From: Chiloscyllium plagiosum
Taxonomy: Eukaryota
Reading direction: 5' to 3'
NCBI RefSeq assembly: GCF_004010195.1
Contig: NC_057718.1
Location: 11,701,186-11,725,445 of the forward strand
Length of the DNA stretch: 24,260 nt
Of this stretch, positions 1 to 9,429 are shown in pieces; the first letter of the stretch is position 1, and every line of letters starts with the position of its first letter. The translations under genes and the position numbers were made by a program. A model generated the notes under the pieces. That model made no database searches. It was given only the letters and a program-made list of their open reading frames with translations, and was not told where the DNA came from.

Positions 1-459
1 CCGCCTCCTTTGGAAACACATGCAAATGGCAGACAGAGAGAAATCCAAGGAAAGGAAATCCAGAGGCAGCAACATTGCCTAAAGCTCGGTTTCTGCAACA
101 TCCTGATCTATTTGCAGCAGAATCTTCTGCTGTGCATTTTGGCCTTAGCAGTCACATATGAATCCACCAAATGCTCACCAAACGTCCCAGATGATGGACA
201 TGATCACTTTCGCCTTGAAGGACAGGCAAGAAATGGCTGTGTAGGACCACTGGTAATCACAAGCCTCTACCATTCCTGATTTCAAGTTCACTTTCTGCTT
301 TCAAGATACCATGCTGTCCTTCCAGGGTGGAAACAGATCTGAAAAAACACCATGAAGTTCTTGCTGTGTTGTTTAGTTGCACAGTCCTGGAAATATTAGA
401 GTTTTGTTCAGTAAGAAATGCTGTGGAGGCATTTGTTTCAAGTTGACTAAATGTTGATG

Positions 460-735
460 GGTCGAAAAGGGTGGTGCTGGAAAAGCACAGCAGGTCAGGC
501 AGCATCCTAGGAGAAGGAGAGTCGACATTTGACTCTAAGCCCTTCAATAAGAATGTGGCAGAGGGAAGGAGTTGGAGAGTTGGATCTGGAATGAGATGGG
601 GGGGGGAGGAGAGATTTGGAAACTAGTGAAGCTGATATTGAGGCCATGTGGTTGAAGGGTCCTCAAGTGGAAGATGAGGTGTTCTTCTAGTTGGCGGGTG
701 GTTCTGATTTGGCAGTGGATGAGGCCCAGGTCCAC
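460..735 (-). mobile_element. Penelope-like element 3' fragment: C-terminal GIY-YIG endonuclease remnant plus terminal repeat
   Basis: Minus ORF 544-735 reads LGLIHCQIRTTRQLEEHLIFHLRTLQPHGLNISFTSF, matching the R..E...I..L.T..P.GLN C-terminus of PLE GIY-YIG endonucleases. It is followed (555 to 460) by the terminal repeat ATGCTGCCTGACCTGCTGTGCTTTTCCAGCACCAC, also seen at 7888, 16097 and 20962. Confidence 0.85.
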
Positions 736-736
736 T

Positions 737-867
737 TTCCTGATGAAGGGCTTATTCCTGACACATCGACTCTCCTACTCCTTAGATGCTGCCTGACTGG
801 CTGCACTTTTTCAGAGCCGTACTTTGCGACTCTGACTCTCCAGCATCTGCAGTCCCCACTTTCTCCT
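737..867 (+). mobile_element. Penelope-like terminal repeat (pLTR-like), inverted relative to 460-735
   Basis: CCTGATGAAGGGCTTAT...GATGCTGCCTGACTGGCTGCACTTTT...CTCCAGCATCTGCAGTCCCCACTTTCTCC is collinear with the copies at 7835-7965 and 20911-21014. Confidence 0.85.
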
Positions 868-2629
868 AAAACATAATGGCTACAGCATGTCAAAGTCGAA
901 AGGTGTGTGACTGCATGCTTTGATAATAGTGCACATACTGTATTATGAGGGAATATGGTTGCAGTATACGTATAAGCTTCATTAACGTTGATAGCATTTA
1001 GACCTTGTGCTGAGTTTCCTGCTTCTGGCAAAGGTTTTGCCTGCATTTCCCACCTCAGCCATATTCATCTGGAGTCTGGAGACTTGGCCTGCTCAAACTG
1101 GCTCCTTAAAGGGAGGTTATCACTTGGGGTGCAACTAATGAAATTTACATTCCCTGCTTATGCAGTTACAGTTTAAAATATTTCACTCTGGTCTTTATTT
1201 GGTTCTGCTGGCAAGCCTGGAAAGGAAACCTAGCCCATTTCTTTCCAAAAGTATTACTGTTTCTATTTGAATTCCAACCCATGAATTAATCCTTATGTTG
1301 AAGAATAACTTTGATTCTAAGAAGCTGCATATTTTCGCCTGGAGAGTAACTCATAAACTGTGGCCACATTTGCTCCTATTTTGTTGATGCCAAGTTATGT
1401 CCAAGTATCTTTCCAAAGTCAATTATTCAAAAATATATGTGTCAAAAATTTACACCCAAAGACAAACCAAACCTAGGGTGGTACATAACTTTTTTTTTGA
1501 ATCTTAATAATTAAAAATTAAAATTCAATTCATTCAAATGTCAGCACATCAAACACATGGAATCTTAAGCCTGGATAAGTGATGATTTTTAACATGACTT
1601 ATGCAAGGTCCTAAAAATGCATCAAAAAGAATAGAAAATGTAGGGGAGCCTCAGTGAGGACGGACTTTCAAAAAACTATAACCAATTCGACAGGAAATGA
1701 CATCCTGCTGCATCTTTCGATGGTGTTGACAGCAGCTCCCCATCTCCCATCCCAATGTTCCCTCAGCACTCCAAACTGGCACAATTTGGGATGTGGCTAA
1801 AGTTGTTGGTAGGGATTAGTCTGGATGTAGCACTTTAGGTAGGAGAAAATTGAGGAGACTTAGGGTATATTGCAGCGTCACTTAAATTCAGATGTCTTCA
1901 GGCACAAATGCAAAGGAAACCCGGTCTCGCCATGTTCAGATTCAAAACATATTTTACATTTCTTTTACGCAGACACCATCTCTCAGCTGGTATACTGGCA
2001 ATATATGTCAGTAAAATATATCCACTAAAACACTCTAAACTGTCCATGACAAACATACACAAAGGATAAGACTGGCATAATCTGCTGTTAATGCATATTA
2101 ATCAGAGTTGAGGTAGTAAAGCTGACTTCAGCTTTAGCATATATTTGAAATTCATTCATGAATTTCTTGGGTATTTGATGCACTAGTTACAAAACTGTCT
2201 CAATTCTTTTCCATACTAACCACATGGAATGCTGTTTAGACTCACTCTTGGTCAATAACTGGCACAGTGCCTCTATTACCTGTCCATTCCAATGATGCAA
2301 TATGAAATCGCACTCGTGTTGATGTTTCATTGCATTTACATTGTCTGGTTGAAATATCCTACAACAGTGGCCTCTTTATTGTAGTGAAATGCTGAAATGG
2401 TCTAAATGCCCAACTAAGCAGATGGCTTCCTTCACAAACCCAAATTGGCTCCAATCGTATCGAATTGATGCCCAAACCGGTTATGTCTCAGACGAAAGTC
2501 AAAAGATGAAAGCAAACGAGTTTGAAAACACATTGTATACACGAGAAAATGTAGCATTCTTAAGGCATCCAATTTAGCTTCATATTTTCTGAACTTGATT
2601 ATAACAGCTGCTTGTTTCGTTTTGGTTAG

Positions 2630-3060
2630 ACCAAATGTTTGCAAATTCATGAAATATTTGAAAAAGTACCTTATAAAGCCTTTTATTAGATCCTGTGAAT
2701 GAGTTAAAAAAATAAATTAGGTCCATGAAATCAAAGGGAATTATAGCATTATTGATAAAGAGATGGCTGGATGACTGGAAGCAAAGGACAGTGTAAGAGG
2801 ATGCATCCTGGTTACTGGTATTCCCTGGAAGATTGTCCTTCAAGCCATTCTTATTTTTTATATAAACAAAGATTTGAATTTAAATTCATCCAACCATCAA
2901 TCATAGAGATTAGTCACATGTGCTTTAAGAACCCGAAATCAGGCAGCTGTATGACTTTAATATGACATAGCAAATTGGGAAGGGCAAACAGTTATAAAGA
3001 TTCCGAAATATTGTAGGAAGACATGGTGGCAGATGCTGAAAATGATTGATCCTAATGCTA
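2630..3060 (+). mobile_element. Ancient, heavily decayed CR1-clade LINE RT remnant
   Basis: Frameshifted translation gives FEKVPYK / IRSMKS..IIALLIKRWLDDWKQRTV / VTGIPWKIVLQAILIF / KDLNL, collinear with the CR1 RT pattern FDKVPH..KIR.HGI.G..WI.NWL..RKQRVV..VTSGVPQGSVLGPLLF.IYINDLD (the first part is comparable to 24090-24260). Confidence 0.6.
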
Positions 3061-3289
3061 AGAACTTATGTACAGTGAGAAAGCAGAGCATCCTTGGTGT
3101 GATGCATCATTAAAATGGGCAGGTCTCTGCCTCTGCTTATTTATGACTTTGTAAGTCAATGCAGTGTGCAAAACATTGTAAAACTCTTCTGGAGCATGTA
3201 GGATTATTGTTCTTAGCTTTTCACATGCTCTGCTGAAATGGCTTTAGGTTTGTGTCTCTTCCAGATGTAATTCCATATCCATAGCTATA

Positions 3290-3710
3290 TCTCACATAGT
3301 TCCATGAGGGCATTTAGCAGTTGCCACCTTTCAATACCTTTTCATTCTCTCTGGCCCTTTCTCTTAACACAATACTTATTAATACAGGCTAGCCTCACAG
3401 CTCTATCCTGCACCACTCCAATGCTTGAATGATTTCTTTATGTTTCACAGACCAAATAACATATGTAGTTATCTGATTAGGGCATTGTACAGTAGTATCA
3501 TCTTTTAACACAGACAGCTTCTGTAACTTTCCTTCCAAGCCACGTATCTCTCTCCGACACTAAATAACAGCCTAACATCCCGATTGATGTTGTCCAGACC
3601 CAGTATCCCTGATAAAGACTCTCATAATTACTTATTATTTGGGGTCAACATGGCCTTTGGCAAGCAATGTTTTCTTGCTTAACTTGTTACAGATACTGAT
3701 AGCTGCTATT
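3290..3710 (-). mobile_element. Possible very old CR1-like endonuclease-domain remnant
   Basis: Scattered minus-strand motifs in the expected order (SICNKL..; AVCVK-DD; IGVV; VLKGGN) loosely resemble the APE-domain motifs of CR1 ORF2, with many stops and frameshifts. Confidence 0.3.
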
Positions 3711-4038
3711 TCTTTAAAGTGTTTAGTCTGATAGCTTTAGCATTTGCGAGGAGTTTGTTTCATGGCCATTTCATACACCGGGACTTTTGACCAGAACGAC
3801 CTTCTGTTTTCTTTTCCATCATCTAACTGAGTTGGTATCAGTTTATTATTAGCTGATATAAGGGTCAATTAATGAGTTCTTTGATTTTAAAGATCTCTTT
3901 TCCACTTCACTGAGGTAACTGATAAGAGCGGAGTAATGCAGTGATAAGGCTAAATGAGTCACATTCACTGTTTTGCAATTTCATTCTTCAAACTTTATCC
4001 TTTCTTTATTCTATTCATTACCTGTTTTTATACTGCAG

Positions 4039-4063
4039 ACCAGAGACCACTGTCAAAAAGCGT
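4039..4063 (+). other. Candidate 25-nt micro-exon of an unidentified host transcript
   Basis: Long pyrimidine tract (CTTTATCCTTTCTTTATTCTATTCATTACCTGTTTTTATACTGCAG), then ACCAGAGACCACTGTCAAAAAGCGT, then a consensus GTAAGT donor. It lies in non-repeat sequence and is open in all three frames. Confidence 0.4.
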
Positions 4064-4155
4064 GTAAGTGATTGCTGTGTGTAATGCAAAGTTGAGATTG
4101 GGTTTGATTGTAATACCTTCCACAATTAAACAAATTGCATATGTTTAATGTGCAG

Positions 4156-4607
4156 GAACATAAGAAAACAGGAGGCCATTCACCCCTTCAAACCGGTTTT
4201 GCCATTCAAATGCCTAACTAATCTGTGCATTAATTCCATCTAACTACCTTCATCTATAATTCTTAACATCCTTGCCTAAATAAAAATCAATCTCTGTGTT
4301 AAAATATCCTAATAATCCACAGCCTGAACAGCTTTTGTGGAAGTGAGTTCCAGATTGTCTTTATGTGAAGAAGTGCTTCTAGACACCATTTTGAACGACT
4401 CAAATTTTCAAGTTCTGCTCTTTTGTTTTGGACCTGCCACATCAGGGGAATTAGTCTCTATCTACTCAACAAAACTATATTTTTCATCTTAAAACCCTCA
4501 GTCAGTTTGGCCCTTAATCTTCTATACTCAAGGGAATACAAACCTAGTCTTTGTAAATAATCCTCGTAATTTCACACTTTTGGCCCTGGCATCATTCTGT
4601 GCAACTC
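4156..4607 (-). mobile_element. Decayed CR1-clade LINE 3' fragment
   Basis: Starts with the reverse complement of a CR1 3' tail (GAACATAAGAAAACAGGAGGCCATTCACCCCTTCAA), followed by GAGTTCCAGA..GTGAAGAAGTGCTTC (antisense of F.QRV..WN) and CCCTTAATCTTCTATACTCAAGGGAATACAAACCTAG (antisense of LGLYSLEYRRLR). Confidence 0.75.
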
Positions 4608-4939
4608 GCCTCACAGATTAAAGCTAGATACTTGGCACTTAGAAGCCATGGAGCAATAAACCAGGCAGAATTAGTGCAGTGTTATCAGGACAGGGAAAAA
4701 GAAAATGATTGTGAGCAACAACCATATGTACATTATTGTTTTGGTTTGTTTCTTCTATGACTCTACAGCTGTCTCACCATTTTCTCTTTTATGAGGAGGA
4801 ATGGCATTCTGGTTGGTTGTCAGTTAGGAAATGGCGGAATCCCCTGGTGTCCCACTTGCTAAGGCTAGCTTTGACCTGTAAACTCCAGTTAGCACTAAAC
4901 AAGGCTATTCAGATCACTGTGTGCATTTCAGCCGACAAG

Positions 4940-5560
4940 AAGCCATCCAGCATTATTTCTCTTCCATCTCTTGGTTTATAGCCTTGTGGATTACAGCACC
5001 TAAAGTGCTTATCCAAATATTATTTCATTGCAGTAGGTATTCTGCTTCTGCCAATCTTCCAGGTAGTGAGTTCCAGCTCCTCACCATCTTTAGGTGAAAA
5101 ATATTCTACTACTTACCCTTAACCTATGCCCCTAGTTATGGACTCTTCAACCAATGAGAATACAGCCTCTTTACCCACTCTGTCTAGACACCCTCGTATG
5201 CTTATACACTTTGCTTAGATCTTTCTTGACATTCCCTGTTCCAAGGAAAACAATTCTTGTTTGACCAATCTTATCTCTTAACTAAAGATAGTCCAGGTAA
5301 CAACATCAATAATCTCATGTATTCCCTTTTAGTGCAATCACATCTTTCTTCTGGTGTGGTGACCAGAGTTGCACAGAGTACTCAAGCTGAGGCCTAAAGC
5401 TGTTCTATCCAGATGCAACATAGCTTCCCAATTCTTATATTCTCTACCTTCACTAAAGAAGACAAATGTCCTGTATACCTTCTCAATCATGTTCTTTAAC
5501 TGTGCAACTTCAGGGATGTGTGAAGGAGCATTACATGATCCCTCTGCACCTTTACACTTT
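4940..5560 (-). mobile_element. Decayed CR1-clade LINE ORF2 3' fragment
   Basis: GGTGACCAGAGTTGCACAGAGTACTCAAGCTGAGGCCTAA is the antisense of RPQLEYSVQLWSP. Also has the GTGAGTTCCAG..TCACC..GTGAAAA motif of the CR1 C-terminus. Confidence 0.75.
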
Positions 5561-5875
5561 TCAGTATCCTACTATTTACTGGCTAAATTATTTGTACCTT
5601 TCTCAGTAGCTTGCAAAGCTTAAAAACATTTTTATATAAGAAACGTAAAACAAAGCCACCATGAAGGAGACAGTAGGTCTGAAAAAAGTAGGTGAATGTA
5701 GGCTTTTGTGAAAAATCAAAAGAGGTGAAAGAAAAGTGGAAGCTCATTTTATACCAGCGCCATTTTCTTTCCAGGCCTTCACCAAGAGAATGGACAGAAT
5801 AGTTAAGAGGACAAAATAAATCAGTTCAAAAGGCTTTAGTCAAGGGACAGAAAATACTTACAAAAACAATTCTGC

Positions 5876-6325
5876 AAATGAGGGACTTCAATTATGTAGA
5901 CAGATTGAATACGTTTGAGCTGTTCTCCTCAGAGAAAGGAAGATTTAGAAGAGATTTGACTGAGGTGTTCTAAAACATGAGGGATCCGTACAAAGCAGAC
6001 AGAGAGAAATTTCTTGGTAAATCTTTGTTTCTGAACTGTGGAAGGGTGAAGATGAATGGCAGAAGAATCAAACATGGTGTGAGGAATAATATATTTGTAC
6101 AGCATTTAAAATACACAGACTGAGAATGCGGAGGAGGCAGATTCAGTTGTGGCTTTCAAAGGGAGGTTGGATCGGTACCTGAGTGGAAATGACTTGCAGG
6201 TATATGGAGAAATGGTGGAAACATGATATTAATTAAATTGTTCTCACAGAGAACCAGTAGTGATTCAACAAATTGAATGGGCTGAATAGTCTCCTTCTAT
6301 CCTGGAACCAATCTAAGATTCTAAT
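5876..6325 (+). mobile_element. Decayed CR1-clade LINE 3' end
   Basis: Translates MRDFNYVDRLNTFELFSSEKGRFRRDLTEVF*NMR..., later EADSVVAFKGRLDRYL; ends with the CR1-type tail ATGGGCTGAATAGTCTCCTTCT...TCTAAGATTCTA. Confidence 0.8.
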
Positions 6326-7073
6326 AGACAATGCTATAGAAGAACAGGATTGAGCTGTATAGTGAGAAGATGGTGAGTGGGGTTGATGTATGATTAAGAA
6401 GGATGGAATTTGTTGGGCAAATGGCATTTTCCTTTATATAAAAAAGTCCTAAATTTTCCACTGCTGCTGAAGTACAGCTAATGTAAACAGTTCCATATGA
6501 GTATTATAACTGGATCAAACTATATTAATAAGCAGTTTGTTATATTAATAAGCAAAACTGCTACTTCACCAGTCAGACGGCATTTTAATTCAATGAAGTG
6601 TTCCTGGTAGGCTAATGTTACTTTCATACTTTGAATGTAATGTAAGTAACTGGAAGAAACAATACCCAGTGTTTACAAGTACAGCCAACTGGCAATTTAA
6701 CATAAATAACAGCTTATTTTACATTTTTGAACTGTTACTAATATCCTTTTAATCAACAAAACAACTGAATGAGGAAAACTTTTAACAAATTGCTGTTGTT
6801 TGAGATGTTGCTGGAACATTTAAAATATTTAATTTAAGGTTCACTGAGAATCTTAAAGCATAGATCCAACTGCCATTAACATGAACCAGATGCATGCTGA
6901 CTCACTGCTTTCTTAAACAAACCTGACAAGCACTAAGGTATCAGGTCACAGTGCATGTTTGAGGGGCTGAATGGTCTACTGCTGCTTTTAATTCACAGCA
7001 GAATGAAAATGTTATCAATCTGGAACATTACAGTCTATTATCTTACAGCAAAACCTGAGAGCATTAATGTGCA

Positions 7074-7523
7074 GGGATGGACTTTTACGAACAGAGTAGA
7101 TTAGGTCTGTATTTGTTGGAAAATTGAAGAATGAAGAAATCTTATTGAAATATACAAGATTCTTATGAGGCTAGACAGGGTATGAATAGAATGGTTGTTT
7201 CCCATTGTGGGAGAGTCTAGGACCAGAGGGCATAATCTCAGAATACTATAAGGAGTCACACACTGAAGACAGAGATGAGGAAGAATTTCTTCTCTCAGAG
7301 AGTTGTGACTCTGTGGAATTCTTTACCACAGAGGGCTGTTGAGGTTTGGTCATTACGTATATTCAAGGTTGAGATAGACATATTTTTAATCAGTAAGGGC
7401 ATCAGGGTTATGGGGAAAAGGGCAGGAAAGTTGAGTTGGGGATTATTAGATCAGCTATAATCACATTGAATACCAGAGCAGACTTGATGGGCTGACTGGT
7501 CTATTTCTTCTCCAGTGTCTTAT
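7074..7523 (+). mobile_element. CR1-clade LINE 3' end
   Basis: ORF 7275-7460 MRKNFFSQRVVTLWNSLPQRAVEV..IFKVEIDIFLISKGI is the CR1 ORF2 C-terminus; tail GATGGGCTGACTGGTCTATTTCTTCTCC. Confidence 0.9.
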
Positions 7524-7795
7524 TTCCTGGTTTCAGCCAAAGAGAGCTAATTGTGATGAGGTCCTGGTAACTTTCCCCCCATTCCACCTTGGAAACAGGA
7601 CGTAAATTTCTATGTCATTCCCATCATTGCTTTTTAAATCCTTCTGTGACTTCCCTTCCAATCCTGGCTCTCTATATAACAGCCTGCAGCTTAAACCTGC
7701 TGAGATGCCTGCTTTCCTCCAATTCCTGCCTGAATCAACATGTTTAGGTAGACACTCGTGGGGTGGAATCAGTAGGGGCAATGAAGATCTAAAGC

Positions 7796-7965
7796 CGAGA
7801 GTGTGGTGCTGGAAAAGCACAGCCGGTCAGGCAGCATTCCTGATGAAGGGCTTATGCTCAAAATGTTAATTCTCCTGCTCCTTGGACGCTGCCTGACCTG
7901 CTGTGCTTTTCCAGCACCACACTCTCGACTCTCATCTCCAGCATCTGCAGTCCTCATTTTCTCCT
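7796..7965 (+). mobile_element. Penelope-like terminal repeat with a 5' inverted duplication (40-bp hairpin)
   Basis: 7796-7835 is the reverse complement of 7888-7927 with one mismatch. 7835-7965 is collinear with the PLE terminal repeats at 737-867 and 20911-21014. Confidence 0.85.
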
Positions 7966-8730
7966 CCCTGAAGACCTAAGGTGCCTACTGAAGTGCCAAT
8001 GTGAGCCCTGTGTTGTCTCTTTTAGGAAAGTCCTGCTGAATGCATACTACTCGGGCATTTAACAGGCCTCTCTTCAGGTGGCTGGGCTCTCTACTGAACA
8101 GTGGTGCTTCTGGGGTCACAATGGCTGCCAGTGGGATTTCACCACCGCAGCTCTAGGACTGTGTTTCTTAAATTCTTTCCCACTGTGACCTGCTTTGAGG
8201 TATGAAAATTGTTGTGACCTCTCAGTGAGAAGTGAGAGAGTGAGGCTCTGTCAGACAGGGAGCACACCTGTTCTAACTCACTCAGCACTTTGTGCTGACC
8301 ATTGCTACCTCAGAGCCCCTGCTGCAAACTTTCAGCTGGCTGTTCAACTTTGGGTGCCAGCGCCCAGTTTGGGAAGCCCTGGTCTAGGGACATCACTGGA
8401 TCCAAGGCCACAAATGAATGATGGTGGGAGGGGGTCACCACAAGGAGGTGGAATGGGGTGACTTAGCTGCAAGAGTGTGACCCTCAGCAGACAGTTGTGT
8501 GTCATGTCTCGCCCACATAGTGAGCCTCTGACCTGCTGCTGCATTAATTCCAGCCGTAGCTGGATGAGGCCCTGAAGTGGGAGCCCTTAAATGGCAGGAG
8601 AGCTATCTCTGGGCCTACCCAGCACAGATTCAACAGGCTGGGGACAGGAAGCCAGTGGCATCCTCACTCGCTGATTAATTGCCACCCTGCCATCAAACTT
8701 GCTATAGAGGAGGGAATTAAATTCCATTCA
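7966..8730. repeat. Possible decayed non-autonomous DNA-transposon/MITE-like repeat
   Basis: GC-richer non-coding stretch ending in TTAAATTCCATTC, similar to ATAAATTCCACCC at 17582-17594 and roughly complementary to GGGTGGAATC at 7761. It resembles abundant shark TIR elements from memory only. Confidence 0.3.
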
Positions 8731-8809
8731 TACGTTCCAAGGGGCAGTGCTAGAGGTCTGAAAAAAGCCCTGTTCAAAATGGCAATAAGCAAATTCTGTG
8801 TGTAATATG

Positions 8810-9000
8810 GGGATGCAAGATCATGACCCAACCTTCAGTGCCTTAGCTTTTATTAGTTGGAGACAGAACAAGCATCCCGAGTTGTCTTGTATATTGACAT
8901 CTCAGTATGAGCCGATCAATGTTCAGCCTCTGTGATTGAGAACTTATTATTAACCTACAACAGTGCTGACTTACCTCATTGGCTCTAAGCAATGTTTACA
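8810..9000 (+). repeat. Possible ancient DeuSINE (SacSINE1-like) remnant
   Basis: CTACAACAGTG...TACCTCATTGGCTCTAA resembles the shark Deu-domain SINE 3' region as I recall it. CCTACAACAGTG also occurs at 2358-2369. Confidence 0.25.
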
Positions 9001-9429
9001 ATATACTGCTGACTGGGATGATCCAATTTGTCTTGTGTGTGTATCATAGAGAATCGCATAAATGTTTGCAGCACAAAATGAAGCTATTCAACCGATCGTT
9101 TCTATGCTGGCTTGCTGAAGGAACAGTTTACTCAGTGCCACTTCCCATAATCTCGTGCAGAGACCAAACAAAATCAGCAACATTCACTCTGGCTGAGAAT
9201 AATGGACTCAACCACTAGAGGGAACTAAACTGTTCCAACCAATTACAAGTGACAAGTCACTGAAGAATAATCTATCGATCATTGTCTTTATTCTATGTTT
9301 TAGAGTTTGTAAAGTAAATACCAACTTATATTTTATCTGCTATTAAAACTGCTACATATGGAACTGTGTCTATGACTTTCTGAATGAGGAATATTTCTAA
9401 CGCACTCAGTTCTCAGATGCTCATGTCCT

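Noticed and set aside
8026..8199. Possible 174-nt plus-strand exon (TTTTAG ... GAG/GTATGA)
   Set aside because: Stops in all three frames, and it lies in a probable repeat.
8160..8230. RSS-like heptamer CACTGTG (8181-8187) with a T-rich 9-mer 12 nt upstream, suggesting an Ig/TCR J segment
   Set aside because: The nonamer matches only 6 of 9 and no FGxG/WGxG follows; other CACAGTG/CACTGTG hits lack nonamers, and no V or C domain ORFs are present.
8969..9090. Minus-strand donor AG/GTAAGT with a short open frame (YAILYDTHTRQIG..CKHCLEPM)
   Set aside because: No convincing acceptor, no recognisable protein, and it overlaps a possible SINE remnant.
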